Assembly: GCA_964016885.1 (NCBI GenBank)
Contig: OZ024741.1
Span: 27,900,001-27,964,000 of the forward strand
Source: Eledone cirrhosa
Lineage: Eukaryota
DNA: 64,000 nucleotides
Direction: 5' to 3'
The stretch's first letter is position 1; every line of letters begins with the position of its first letter. The notes below the pieces were generated by a model. The model made no database searches. It was not told the origin of the DNA and was given only the letters and a program-made list of their open reading frames with translations. Positions 15,622-28,777 of this stretch are shown here, in pieces. A program made the position numbers and the translations under genes.

Positions 15622-17228
15622 AAATATACTCCGGAATAAACAGACCCACCTGCACACTTCATTGAGTGCTCTACCCTGCATACTGACATGTCGGTGATTA
15701 ACCAACACATACTCTAATTTATATATATATATATATGGTTTATCAATGGATAGAACTGGTCATTCTGTTTAGTCAACCATGATGTAATAGTAGGAAAAGC
15801 ACTCTACACTATGCAACTCATCTATTGTTGATGTTGACTTCCATGATTGATGCAGGAACAGAGTTAAATATAAATTTGATTAGAATAACAGGAGGCCATT
15901 GAAATATATATAGTGTTTTTTGCAACAATAAAACTTTAAAAGGATATCTCCAGTTCGACCTCAATTCCGCCCTGCCCATCCCTTCAATCTTTCTAATTTC
16001 TTATGCTTTCTTCTGATGAAGGACTAGAGTCCAAAACGTTAAGACCCTCTTCCTGCTATTTCACGCATGGAAGGAACTAATATATTCCTTCCATATACTG
16101 TACCGATTGTGTTGTTATTTCTGTTTACCTTATATATATATATATATATATATCATCATCATCATCATCACCGTGTAACATTCGTTTTTCCATGCTTGCA
16201 TGGTTCAGACAGGTCATCTGCGTTGAGAGACAAGGATTGGACATGTCGAACCTTGCTCTGACAGGACTGTAAATTTGGCCGGGATTTTCACAGCTGGATT
16301 CCCTTCCTAACACCATATATACCCTCCATTCCATGATCCAGTAAAACATCCAAGATGTGACAACTGGAAGGAGAGAAGACTGAACTACGCCTACAAAAAG
16401 TACAAGATGACCACACCCAAAATACCTGTGGTAATAGGTGTGCTTGGTCATGACTGACTTAGGTTTAAACAATAACTACAATTACAACTATGTATCAACT
16501 CAGGTACTCTAGCCTCACTCACTCTCTTCCTCTCATCACCTATATTGTGTCCAACAGTATCCAGGCCCATTCTTTCATCCCCAAAATTCTATCCCTCAGA
16601 ACTCTCTCCTTGCATATGTCATTTCTGCAGGAGTCAGCCTGCAACAATTTATACTAAATATCAACATCAATTTCATCAGTCTCCATGTACCTGCAAAGGT
16701 CATGAATATATCACCTTCCCCAAAATACATACAAAGGTCATGAACAGAGCATCTTCCTTCAAATACCTGCAATGGTCAAAGGTCATCAACACATTACTTT
16801 GACCTTTGTAGGTATTTGGGGGAAAGTGATGTGTGCATGACCTTTGACCTCGGTATGTATTTGGGGGAAGGTGATGTGTTCATGACCTTTGACCTTTGCA
16901 AGGGCCATAAGTCTATGTTGCGAAGGAGGGTGTCCAACGCTCTACCAATACTGCCAATCCACTGCCCTTAAATACCAACTTAATAATTAGAAAGTTATAT
17001 TACTAAATTTCACCAAATTCTAGATTATTTTCAAAATTACTTCCAAGTTAGAAATATCTGTAATGAAACAACTAACAGCTAACAAAAGAGCTTCCATGTG
17101 GTTTTCTTGACGTTCAAGAAATATAGTCAAATCTCTCTCAAATAACAACTAACTGTCTTAATACTTTGATACCAACCCACCTGAAACTGTGAGTCCAACA
17201 AATCAGATGCACATCATTAATAAATAAT

Positions 17229-17442
17229 GGTTTCTTATATAGGCACAAGGCCAACAATTTTGGGGGAGGGAAATTCGATTAAATCGAGCCCAGTGCATGA
17301 CTGGTACTTTATTTTATCGACCCCATAAGGCTGAAAGGCAAAGTTAACCTTGGCGGGATTTGAACTCAGAATGGCAAGGGCCGTAACTCTATACTGCAAA
17401 GCATGGCGTCCAGCCTTCTACCGATACTGCCAATCCACCGCC
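17229..17442 (-). mobile_element. tRNA-derived SINE, near full length
   Basis: Reverse complement of ggcggtggattggcagtatcggtag...gagttcaaatccc...gcctttcatcct...gtcgataaaataaagtaccagt...gccttgtgcct; A/B-box-like head. Confidence 0.85.
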
Positions 17443-17504
17443 CTATATCACTAATAAATAATGAGAAACAACATTAATCCTTTTGAGATCAATCTACCTA
17501 AAAC

Positions 17505-19204
17505 TGTCCCTGGTTCTATCATATGTCCCTAGTTCTATCATATATCCCTGGTTCTATCATATGTCCCTGGTTCTATCATATGTCCCTGGTTCTATCATAT
17601 GTCCCTGGTTCTATCATATGTCCCTGGTTCTATCATATGTCCCTAGTTCTATCATATGTCCCTGGTACTATCATATGTCCCTAGTTCTATCATATGTCCC
17701 TAGTTCTATCATATGTCCCTGGTTCTATCATATGTCCCTGGTTCTATCATATGTCCCTGGTACTATCATATGTCCCTGGTACTATCATATGTCCCTAGTT
17801 CTATCATGTCTCTGGTTCTATCATGTCCCTGGTTCTATCATATGTCCCTGGTACTATCATATGTCCTTGGTTCTATCATATGTCCCTGGTTCTATCATAT
17901 GTCCCTGGTTCTATCATATGTCCCTAGTTCTATCATATGTCCCTGGTACTATCATATGTCCCTAGTTCTATCATATGTCCCTGGTTCTATCATATGTCCC
18001 TAGTTCTATCATATATCCCTAGTTCTATCATATGTCCCTGGTACTATCATATGTCCCTGGTTCTATCATATGTCCCTAGTTCTATCATATGTCCCTAGTT
18101 CTATCATATGTCCCTAGTTCTATCATATGTCACTAGTTCTATCATATGTCCCTGGTACTATCATATGTCCCTAGTTCTATCATATGTCCCTAGTTCTATC
18201 ATATGTCCCTGGTACTATCATGTCCCTGGTTCTATCATATGTCACTGGTACTATCATATGTCCTTGGTTCTATCATATGTCCCTGGTTCTATCATATGTC
18301 CCTGGTACTATCATATGTCCCTGGTACTATCATATGTCCCTAGTTCTATCATATGTCTCTGGTTCTATCATATGTCCCTGGTTCTATCATATGTCCCTGG
18401 TACTATCATATGTCCCTGGTTCTATCATATGTCCCTAGTTCTATCATATGTCCCTGGTACTATCATATGTCCCTAGTTCTATCATATGTCCCTGGTACTA
18501 TCATGTCCCTGGTTCTATCATATGTCCCTGGTTCTATCATATGTCCCTGGTACTATCATATGTCCCTGGTACTATCATGTCCCTGGTTCTATCATATGTC
18601 CCTGGTTCTATCATATGTCCCTGGTACTATCATATGTCCCTGGTTCTATCATATGTCCCTGGTACTATCATATGTCCCTGGTTCTATCATATGTCCCTGG
18701 TACTATCATATGTCCCTGGTACTATCATATGTCCCTAGTTCTATCATATGTCCCTGGTACTATCATGTCCCTGGTTCTATCATATGTCCCTGGTTCTATC
18801 ATATGTCCCTGGTACTATCATATGTCCCTGGTTCTATCATATGTCCCTGGTACTATCATATGTCCCTGGTTCTATCATATGTCCCTGGTTCTATCATATG
18901 TCCCTGGTTCTATCATATGTCCCTAGTTCTATCATATTTCCCTGGTTCTATCATATGTCCCTGGTTCTATCATATGTCCCTAGTTCTATCATATGTCCCT
19001 GGTACTATCATATGTCCCTGGTACTATCATATGTCTCTGGTTCTATCATATGTCCCTGGTTCTATCATATGTCCCTAGTTCTATCATATGTCCCTGGTAC
19101 TATCATATGTCCCTGGTACTATCATATGTCCCTAGTTCTATCATATGTCCCTGGTACTATCATATGTCCCTAGTTCTATCATATGTCCCTGGTACTATCA
19201 TATG
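17505..19204. repeat. 19-bp minisatellite, consensus TGTCCCTGGTTCTATCATA, roughly 90 units
   Basis: Head-to-tail units with no spacers; recurrent variants TAG for TGG, TAC for TTC, and 17-bp units. Confidence 0.97.
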
Positions 19205-19505
19205 CTAGTGTCCATTCTGGCGGCAGTGGCAGTGGTGGTGGTGTAATGTATTTAAGGCCCGCAATCTCCAGCAATGGATATATGTTTAAAAAGTAAATAT
19301 GTAGCAAAAGATAAAATAAGTAAATTTCAAATAGCAAAATAAAAAATTTATGTAAGAAATTCCTTTCGTTATATAGAAGTCTCAAAAGAAAATAAATCCC
19401 AAAATACATGACTAAAATTTGACCTATATTCCATTGTTGAAAGTTATTTGGCATGTAACGCGTGAATAAATAGTAGAAAATTAGTTACTAACTTATATAT
19501 GTATA

Positions 19506-20152
19506 TAAAGGTCGGCTGAGAAGTTCATAGGCTGATTACAAAAGAGTGATGCTAGAGATGTGAAATCTTGCATGCATTAATTTCAACCCATTTTATTAAT
19601 AACTGCATTGTTTCTTTCCAGGGACTATGTTGAAAAATAAACCTCATTTGGTCATTCCCTGAGAGTATCTTGGTCATAAGCTGACTATGAGGGAGTGGTG
19701 TTAGAGCTGTGAAATCTTGCATGATTTAATTTCAACTCTTTTTATTAATAACTGCATTGTTTTTTCCAGGGACTATGTTGCAAAATAAACCTCATTTGAT
19801 CATTCCATGAAAGTATCTTAAGCTGACTACGAAGGGGTGATGTTAGAGCTGTGAAATCTTGCCTTCATTAATTTCAATTATTCTTATTGATAACTGCATT
19901 GTTTCTTTCCAGGGACTATGTTGAAAAATAAACTTCATTTGGTCATTCTGTGAGAGTATCTTGGTCATAAGCTGACTGTGAAGGAATGGTGCTAGCGCTG
20001 CGAAATCTTGCATGGATTAATTTCCCACTATTTTTATTGATTGTTTCTTTCCAGGGACTATGTTGAAAAATAAACCTCATTCAGTCATTCCATGAGAGTA
20101 TCTTGGTTAGCTTATTAACTTTTCAGACTATGAACTTTATCTGACCCTCATA
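19506..20152. mobile_element. Tc1/mariner-like MITE whose interior is amplified into ~4 tandem units of ~145 bp; single-unit relative in reverse orientation at ~20333-20510
   Basis: Ends ggtcggctgagaagttcataggctga / ...tatgaactttatctgaccctcata; repeated unit gtgaaatcttgcatg...ccagggactatgttgaaaaataaacctcattt. Confidence 0.7.
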
Positions 20153-20538
20153 ACATGTGAATATATATAGAAGTAAATTAGCTACTTATATCTGTATATG
20201 AGGGTCGGCTGAAAAGATCCATCCAACCCATGCAAGCATTCAAAAGTAGATGCAAAATACAATTGCAAAATAAACTTCTTAAGTACTTGGTCATTGGTAA
20301 ATATAGGCACTAATTGATATCCCTAGATAGACAGGGGATTGGCTGAAAAGTTCATAGGCTGACCAAGATACTCTCATGGAATGACCAAATGAGGTTTATT
20401 TTTCTACAGTCCCTGGAAATAAAAAATGACGTTTAATGCATCCAAGATATCACAGCTCTAACATCACACCTTCATAGTCAGCCTATGAACATTTCAGCCT
20501 AACCTTGAATGTATATATCTATGTGTGTATAAATATTT

Positions 20539-22127
20539 ATCATCATCATCATCATCAACGTTTAACGTCCGTGTTTCACGCTTGCATGGGTTTGGACGGG
20601 GGTATTCCCACTTGAGGCAAGAGTGATTGTCTTGCTCGCATAGGACTGTCTGGCAGGTTTTCTACAGTTGGATGCCCTTCCTAACACCAACCACATTTAC
20701 AGTGTGGGACTGGGAGGTTTTTACCGTGTTGCCTACACGGCCACATTACAGCGTGGACTGTGTGTTTTTTTGTCGTGACACCTACACGATCTCATTTGTT
20801 TCGGCCTGGATGTTGTGGCACCAACATAACTTTACATTGAAAGGGGCGGTGTGGATGGGGTGGGGGTGGTGGGACGGGGGTGTATTTTGTTAGAGATGCC
20901 TACTGGCTGTAGTAGGTTTTACTATGTATTTAGGTAAGGCGGGTCTTCTCTATTACTGAGTACCGCCAAAGGTCTCGGTCCAGTGACATTGTCTTGGAGA
21001 GGTGTAAGTGTGTGAGGTCGGAGTTTATCAGCTCGTCCCAGGATTTTCTAGGTCTGCCTATTCCGTGGCTACCGTCTATCTTTATTGCCCTGCACTTTGT
21101 TAAACAGCTATCGACTTCCATGCGCATCACGTGTCCGTACCAACGTAGCCTTCTCTCGAGTAAACAACATCTGATCCCTCTTATTTCTAATTTTTTCCTT
21201 AGTTCGTTTATGCTTTGCCGTTCACGTATATTACTATTACACATCCAGCGGAGCATGCAAGCTTCGTTCCTCTCTAGTCTGCGTATATCCTCTGCGCACA
21301 ATGCCCAGGTCTCACTGCCATGCAACATAGCTGTTCGTATGCAGGCATCATACAACCTGCCTTTCATTTTTAGGGAGAACCCTTTAGTGGCTAATAGTGG
21401 TATAAGCTCTCTGAACTTTTTCCATCCAGTTCTTACTCTAGCTACTGTACTTTCGAAGCACCCTCCCCCACTGCTGATTTTGTCACCCAGGTAACGGAAG
21501 CTGTCCACTATTTCTATAGAGCCCTCTGCGCAATTGAAAGAGTTAGTATTTTGTGGGCACTCGCTGCTACTTATTGCACCAGAGCACCGCCCACATGTAA
21601 AATCTAAGTTCTTAGTTAGCTTACCTGTGATCCCACTACATCTTTTATGCACCCATACTTTGCATTTGGGACATAAAATGGAGTTTCTACCTACGCCTTT
21701 CCTACACACTGAGCATGGCCATTTCCCGGAAGGGACCGCCGCCTTATTTTCTTTCCTACAAACTAGAACTTTAGTCTTAGCCAGGTTAATTTTAAGGCCT
21801 TTTGATTCTAGGCCGTGCTTCCATGTTTGGAATTTCTTCTCTAGCTTGGCCATTGATTCAGCTATGAGTGTCAGGTCGTCTGCGTATAGGAGTTCCCATG
21901 GGCAGCCGGTCTTGAACTCCTCTGTTATAGCCTGAAGGGCAATAATAAATAGTAGGGGGCTGAGAACAGAGCCCTGATGGACGCCAACTTTTACGCTAAA
22001 CTCTTCACTATATTCGTTGTTAATTCTAACCTTGCTGACTGTTTCTTTATACATGGCTTGTATAGCTCTCACAAGCCATTCGTCGACACCTAGTTTTCTA
22101 AGGGCCCACCAGATAATGGAACGGGGG
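20539..22127 (-). mobile_element. RTE LINE copy E, 5'-truncated, with an open 380-aa RT ORF
   Basis: ORF 20930-22072 is nearly identical to copy D; (CAT)n tail at 20539. Confidence 0.97.
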
Positions 22128-22974
22128 AAATATGTCTCACTTATTAGAGTGCAGCCATACTGAGGTACCGGCTTTTTTAGCTAATCATATCAACCTCAGT
22201 ATTCATTTTCAGTAATGAGAAGGAAGGTAGGCGTAAAAGCCAAACTCGCTATCTTCCAATCAGTATTTATGCCAGCCCTTACCTATGGTCATGAATCTTG
22301 GATAATGACTGAAAGAATACAACGACGAATACAAGCGGCCAAAATGTGATCCTCCAGAAGGATATTTGGAGTAGCGTTACTCGATAAAGTGCATAACTCA
22401 GAGATCAGAGAGTCACTCAAGGTAGAGCCACTACTTCTCCGAATTGAGAGGTCGAAGCACTGATGTTATGAGCATATGGTTAGAATGTCTCAGGAAAGAA
22501 TCCCTGGACAGATTTTACAGGCAAAAGCAACTGACAAGAGACCCAGAACAAGATCCATGAGCTTGGCTGGTCTCACTTGGGGATCCAGTCAGATCAGTTG
22601 GAGACAGTTGCTTCTGACAGGACCCGCTGGAAGGAGTGTTTGAGGATTCTTCCCCCATGATTCTCTCAGGAATATGTGGGCGAAGAAGAAGAAGAATTTG
22701 GTACTTACTTTACTGTTATTTTTTAGTCAAACAACCAAGTATAGACATCCTCCTCCTCATCATCTTTTAACGCCCATCTCCTCTGCTAGCAAGGGTTGGA
22801 TATGTCTTCACGGACTAAGTCATCACTCAAGTAGAGCTACTGACCTCTCACATGAGCCAATGAGTCTGCATCTAACTTACATATGTTTCTGCACTCTAGG
22901 CAGGTTATTGGAGGTGGGGGAGAGGCCATCTTGCTTACATATGTTCCCTATGCTCTACCAATTGCATCTTATTG

Positions 22975-23460
22975 TGAGTATATCTTGGATGTGTAATAGT
23001 AATATACATGAATGGCAAAGCATAAACTGAAAGAGAAACTGGGCATAAGAGGGATCAGATGCAGTGAGCAGGAGAGGAGATGATAATGGTATGGACATGT
23101 CATGTGTTTGAAGATGATAGCTGTATAAAAAGGTACAGAATGCTCAAAATTGATGGTAACTATGGAATAGGAAGACCTTGGGATGAGGTGATAAAGGCTG
23201 ACATTGCACAATTGCATCTCTCAAGAGTGATGACACAGGACCGAGATCTCTGGTGTTATGCAGTAATACAGAAGACCCACCTCATATGCTCATGTTGAAG
23301 CATACATTCAGTATACACCACTTTCCCCTACCCCCACCCCTAGATCTACTTGTCCCATCCCCATGCACCTTCTCCACCCCAACCTCTAGTCCATACTGTA
23401 AGGTGGTCATGTTAATGACACAACAAAAAGCGCCCAGTTCACACTATAAAGACATCTGGT
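22975..23460 (+). mobile_element. Older, diverged copy of the same RTE 3' region
   Basis: DDSCIKRYRMLKIDGNYGIGRPWDE...DRDLWCYAVIQKT. Confidence 0.75.
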
Positions 23461-23947
23461 TATTTGGTCAGTCCATTGTGACCAGTGATGTATAAGGACA
23501 TCGGGTCATTCGATTGTGGCCAGTGATGTATAAAGACATCTGATAGTCTGGTCAGTCCATTATGAGTAGTCATGTATATAAGGACATCTGATAGTCTGGT
23601 CAATCCAAACATGTTAAGAAACAATCTAAAATGAAAAGGAATTCTTCAAGAGTTAATTCCCTTGTAAAAAAAACACCATTATATGTTATAACTTTATGAT
23701 CTGAGTTCAAATCCCGCCGAGGTTGACTTTGCCTTTCATCCTTACAGGGTCGATAAAATAAAGTACCAGTAATGCACTGGGTATTTGCTGGCCTGGTGCC
23801 TAAAGTAGAAACAATTATTATTATTATTGTTATAGAAACCTTCTCGAATTCTGTGAGAAATAAGTATTTACCCTCGTTTATTTTTTTCGTGTTATATCAA
23901 CTATAGGCGGCGAATTGGCTAGAATGCCTTGCGGTATTCGTTTGGAC

Positions 23948-24236
23948 CAGAGGTTCTTAAAGTGGGTGCGATCCCCCGGGGGGGAAGTAGAGTCTAAGTA
24001 CAGATTATATAATAGCATATTAAAGATCAAATGATACATACTATATAGTAAAATAAAAAATATATTACTTTTATTTATACATAGTGTATATTATATTATT
24101 TATTATATATAAATTAACGATTTTATTTACAATTTGTGTGTAGGCAAGTCTCTCTGGAAATAGGGGTGGGGGCGTTGAGGTTATTACGTAGCCGTGAGTG
24201 AGGAGGTTAGTAGCCCAAAAAATTTGAGAAGCTCTG
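23948..24236. mobile_element. hAT-like MITE (related copies at ~27395-27860, interrupted by a SINE, and 32199-32545)
   Basis: Termini cagaggttcttaaa / tttgagaagctctg and a shared AT-rich interior among the three copies. Confidence 0.6.
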
Positions 24237-24329
24237 GTTTAAGAATAAAAAAACGTTCTTGATATTAAATAAAGAATTAATTTCAATATTAGTATATTAA
24301 AATTAATATTCTGTTCTTTGTTTATTTTA

Positions 24330-24492
24330 CGGGGTGAGCGCGAACGCAGACCCCACACTTAGAAATAGCGCACCCGAGTCGCCCACATTTGGGGCGATCG
24401 CAAAGGTCAACCCAACCGGAGTGCAATGGAAGGGCCTCACTCTGGGAGAACCACCTAGCTGATCATGGTTAACCCCTGTGCCAGGTAAGTAT
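24330..24492 (-). ncRNA. U1: U1 spliceosomal snRNA gene, copy 1 (variant type)
   Basis: Reverse complement reads ATACTTACCTGGCACAGGGGTTAACCATGATC...CCATTGCACTCCGG...TGCGTTCGCGCTCACCCCG; 163 nt; U1 5' end, U1A loop, SL4 UUCG tetraloop. Confidence 0.97.
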
Positions 24493-24544
24493 GCTTAATT
24501 CAATACTTACTATACTTATATAAAATTAAACTTGCGATAGATCT

Positions 24545-24553
24545 ACTGATTTT
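24545..24553 (-). promoter_or_regulatory. Candidate PSE core AAAATCAGT of U1 copy 1 (copy 2: 28355-28363)
   Basis: Same 9-mer at -61..-52 in all four U1 genes despite divergent flanks. Confidence 0.75.
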
Positions 24554-24740
24554 ACCCCAACCACAACTACTGCAAATTTAATTACCCAATATAAAAATCC
24601 ATAAAACTTCCAAATTGTTCTATTTGTGCAACTATTTACTACTCTCTACTTTCAAAATTATTTTCCTTTATAAAAAGAATCTCAATTTAACAACTAAAAT
24701 ATTTTTAATTACTGTTCCAACTCTAGTATCTTGTATTACT

Positions 24741-24756
24741 CAAGGGAGATAATTCA
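24741..24756 (-). promoter_or_regulatory. Candidate distal element ATTATCTCCCTTG of U1 copy 1 (copy 2: 28551-28566)
   Basis: ATTAYCTCCCTTG lies ~250-270 nt upstream of all four U1 genes. Confidence 0.7.
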
Positions 24757-25189
24757 ACTTTTTTTTCAGCATTAACTACAATCACAAACTTGTAGAAAAG
24801 TGCTTATCAATATTTTCTCTTCCTCCTTCCAGGAAAGTAAGTTGGGAGAAATATCAACGTTGTTTCAAGCAGATCGATGAATCATGCAAATTGATATTCG
24901 TGTGTGCGAGAGTGTTTGTATATGTATGCGTGTCTATATACTATATTACGGTTTATCTAGCTAGATATTACACAATAACATACATATCTACTATATCAGA
25001 GTTATCTAGCTGTATCTTATACACATCACCAATATACTTTAATGAAGACGGTTTAACTGTTTTAAGAAATGTTTATATATTAATCAAGTTTAATACTGAG
25101 AACTGGATAATTAAGATAATAAAATTTGACATCCAAGTGACACTAAAACAATCTCTGTGTATCTGTCGGCTAACTACAATTTTCAGTCT

Positions 25190-26165
25190 GTGGCGTTCCA
25201 GACGTTTGGGGGAATCGGGTTACTGATTGCGATGTTCCTATCTTGACTGGCGGCTCACCTAACAGAGGTAACTGGTGTTGTTCATAAGGGAACTTGGCTG
25301 TTCCAGCATATCAGCCTCGCCATCACCCGAGGTAATGCGGCGAGCGTGCTGGCGTGCCTCAATAATTATTAGAGAGGTTTCCTAGTGCTTCTTGCGATAC
25401 TGTTATCTTCTGTTCTGGCAGCGGTTCGTTTGTCCATCCCTTTCGCCTGACTTTTGTTGTATGTAGTCATAGATGTATTACTAGCTTGTGTGATTTCTTT
25501 TCTTTCTCTCTTCTTTTTTCTTTCTATTTGTACTATTATGTTGACGGTTACGTCTTAATAAAATGAATATTTATTTAGTCATTTGCTAGTAATATATACA
25601 TATATATGTGTGTGTGTGTGTGTGTGTTCGGTGAAATAAATTATATGATGTAGTGATTTGTAAATGTAGATTTCCAAACCTTTGGAGTAACGTTACTTGA
25701 TGGGGTGCGTAGCTTGGAGATAAGGGAGTCGCTACAGATAGAGCAGCCAATTTTCCGAATCAGAAGATCACGACTCTGGTACTACGAATGTGTGTTTACA
25801 AAGTAAAAAATCTTTTATTCACAATTGTACAAAAAAACATAATAATATAATTGTTACTGAACGAAAACACAAACACATATAATATATACAAAGCAGGTAA
25901 TACATACACCTATGACCACATACAACAAAAGGGAGACGAAAGTATTGGGCAAACGACTCGCAACCAAAGCAAAAGATAACAGTATCGCGAGGAGCACTGG
26001 AAAACCTCTCTAAAAAGGTTTTAGGCAAGCCAAAACACTCGCAGCATCACTATGGGTGATGGCGAGGTTGATGTGCTGGAACAACCAAGTTCCCTTATAA
26101 ACAACACCAGTTACCTCTGTTAGGCGAGCCGCCAGTGAAGATAACCTCGCAATCAGTAGCCCGGG
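25190..26165. mobile_element. Tail-to-tail pair of CRE-like retroelement 3' ends (25190-25570 +, 25810-26165 -)
   Basis: AFQTFGGIG...WLFQHISLAITRGNAASVLAC on the plus strand, then its reverse complement. Confidence 0.7.
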
Positions 26166-26699
26166 AAAGAATAACTAGAGATTTTACAGGTAAAGCCAAT
26201 AAGCAGGTGACCCAAGGCTAGATGGTTGGATAACATCCATGAGTTCGGTTGTGGGTCTATCCAGATCATTTGGAGACGGCTTCTTCTGATAGAACCCTCT
26301 TCCATGTCCGAACATCAAAGTTATAGTTTAGATGTCCATTGGTATGATGAAATATATAATAAGAGTGAAAATGTAACTTTTCTTTCTCCATATAGTGTAG
26401 GTTATATGTTTGCGTGAGAGTAGGGTGAAGTTGAGGTAAATTTGACTGTTGTTTCTATGAGGTCGATTAATTACATGTATGATAGTCGGTTGAGCGTATA
26501 TTGTTAGAGAAGTGTAAAAGCTAACAGTGAATTGAAGTGTAATAGCAATTAGTTGAAGTAAAATGAAGGTAATTGTGAGAAATTTTATTTATGGAATATA
26601 TCATATAAATACAGTTTAATAGAAAAAGAAAAGAAATAAAATTTAGATTGAGAAGAATACAATGTAAAATAGGAAAATATAGAGAAAAAACAGGAATGG

Positions 26700-27330
26700 C
26701 AAGGACTCTAGTGTCACGGTAGAATGGGAGGGTGAGGATGATTGTATTCTTGGCGCGGTGGTTGAGTGGCTGCGGCCAGCGACACCCGCTGCAACAGCAA
26801 CCCCACCGCGCGAGGTTCCCTCCTCAGACGGGCCGCTGACGTTCCGATCTTGCGGAGGAGCTCGACTGTTGGTGGTTCAAGTACGCCTGGGGTCTCCACG
26901 GCGACTGATGCGAAGAGGAAACGGTCGGACAATCCCCGAAATTCGTTTATTTTCTGCAAGGCGGGCCGCGGTACCAGGGTTTGTGGCCGAAGTGACTAAG
27001 TTGGAGGCGGATAACGTGTCGCAACATGTGGCGTTCCAGATGAGGGATCTACCTCCTTTGAATGGGAAGAGGGTGATAACAACGGGACAATTGCCGTCTC
27101 CGCGGTCTAGGCGAGCTGGCTCCGGTGGTGATGGAAAGCCAGCTGCATCCAGGCTCCTTCTCAGTATGTCGTTGAGAGCGATGTGTCGGGGTAACCGGCT
27201 TGCGCTCTGGCGGCAAGACAGAGGCTGCAGGCCGAACTTGTCAACAACCGCCCTGCAACGGCATTTATGTTGCTCACGCACGCAGAGGCCGAGGCATTGG
27301 TTGTATAATGAGGGACAGAGGAGCATGTTA
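26700..27330 (-). mobile_element. CRE-clade non-LTR retrotransposon fragment (zinc knuckle plus restriction-like endonuclease), frameshifted
   Basis: CRC..VVDKFG..PLSC...RH..LNDILRRSL..AG....EP..LDRGDG..P....L.PF..G..LIW..T..DT, continuing in another frame VAVETPGVL...LLQRVSLA. Confidence 0.85.
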
Positions 27331-27563
27331 CATAAAGGACTTGGCAGTAGAAATAAATAAGGAAGGGTAAGTTATATGAGGGAAAGTGTAAAACAAGGTT
27401 CTCGAAGTGGCTGCAAGTGCCCCCAGGGAGGCATTGAGAGGGTCCAGAGGTACGCTGGAGCCTAAGGGGTAGTAAAGATGATACATATATATATAGTAAA
27501 ATAAAAAATATATATTTACTTATACACAGTATATATTGTATTATTTATTATATATTATATATA

Positions 27564-27752
27564 GGGCGGTGGATTGGCAGTATCGGTAGAGGGTCGGACG
27601 CCTTGCTTTCCAGCATAGTTACGTCCCTTTACGATCTGAGTTCAAATCCCGCCGAGGTTGACTTTGCCTTTCATCCTTACGGGGTCGATAAAATAAAGTA
27701 CCAGTAATGCACTGGATTTTTGCTGGCCTTGTGCCTAAAGTAGAAACAATTA
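27564..27752 (+). mobile_element. tRNA-derived SINE (further copies at about 1-90, 3880-4030, 23690-23820, 27895-28080, 29175-29340, 30072-30295, 30481-30665, 32560-32650, 35135-35270, 36320-36540, 36590-36730)
   Basis: Shared core gagttcaaatcccgccgaggttgactttgcctttcatccttacggggtcgataaaataaagtaccagt. Confidence 0.88.
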
Positions 27753-28139
27753 TTTATTATATATTATTTACAATTTGCGTGTAGGTAAATCTCTCTGGAA
27801 ATAGGGGTTGGGGACGCTAAAATATTACGTTGACGTGAGAGTGCGGTGGCCCAAAATCTGTTGTGAAAGAAATTAGAAAAAATAGCTATTGATAATAATT
27901 GTTTCTACTTTTGGCACAAGGACAGCAAAACACTCAGTGTATTATTGGTACTTTATTTTATCGACCCCGTAAGGATGTAAGTTAACCTCGGCGGAATTTG
28001 AACTCAGAATGAGAACGGCCGTAACTCTTTGCGTCAAAGCATGGCGTCCCACGCTATACCGATACTGCCAATCCACCGCCATTTTATTGATACTAATAAA
28101 GGATTAAATTCATTATCAGTCTGTTCTTTGTTCATTTTA

Positions 28140-28302
28140 CGGGGTGAGCGCGAACGCAGACCCCACACTTAGAAATAGCGCACCCGAGTCGCCCACATTT
28201 GGGGCGATCGCAAAGGTCAACCCAACCGGAGTGCAATGGAAGGGCCTCACTCTGGGAGAACCACCTAGCTGATCATGGTTAACCCCTGTGCCAGGTAAGT
28301 AT
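28140..28302 (-). ncRNA. U1: U1 snRNA gene, copy 2 (variant type)
   Basis: Coding region identical to copy 1; ~500 bp of upstream flank is also nearly identical (offset 3810). Confidence 0.97.
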
Positions 28303-28742
28303 GCTTAATTCAATACTCACTATACTTATATAAAATTAAACTTACGATAGATCAACTGATTTTACCCCAACCACAACTACTGCAAATTTAATTACCCAAT
28401 ATAAAAATCCATAAAACTTCCAAATTGTTCTATTTGTGCAACTATTTACTACTCTCTACTTTCAAAATTATTTTCCTTTATAAAAAGAATCTCAATTTAT
28501 CAACTAAAATATTTTTAATTACTGTTCCAACTCTAGTATCTTGTATTACTCAAGGGAGATAATTCAACTTTTTTTTCAGCATTAACTACAATCACAAACT
28601 TGTAGAAAAGTGCTTATCAATGTTTTCTCTTCCTCCTTCCAGGAAAGTAAGTTGGGAGAAATATCAACGTTGTTTCAAGTAGATCGATGAATCACGCATA
28701 TTGATATTTGTGTGTGTGTGTGCGTGAGTGTTTGTATATATA

Positions 28743-28777
<35 letters not shown>

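Noticed and set aside
17505-19204. Regular short repeats resembling a CRISPR array; long Cys/Trp/Tyr-rich ORFs
   Set aside because: Units are contiguous with no unique spacers, no cas genes are present and the context is eukaryotic; the ORFs are translations of a 19-bp repeat.
27564-27660. tRNA-like A/B-box sequences as tRNA genes
   Set aside because: They continue into the SINE core and tail and do not form a full cloverleaf.
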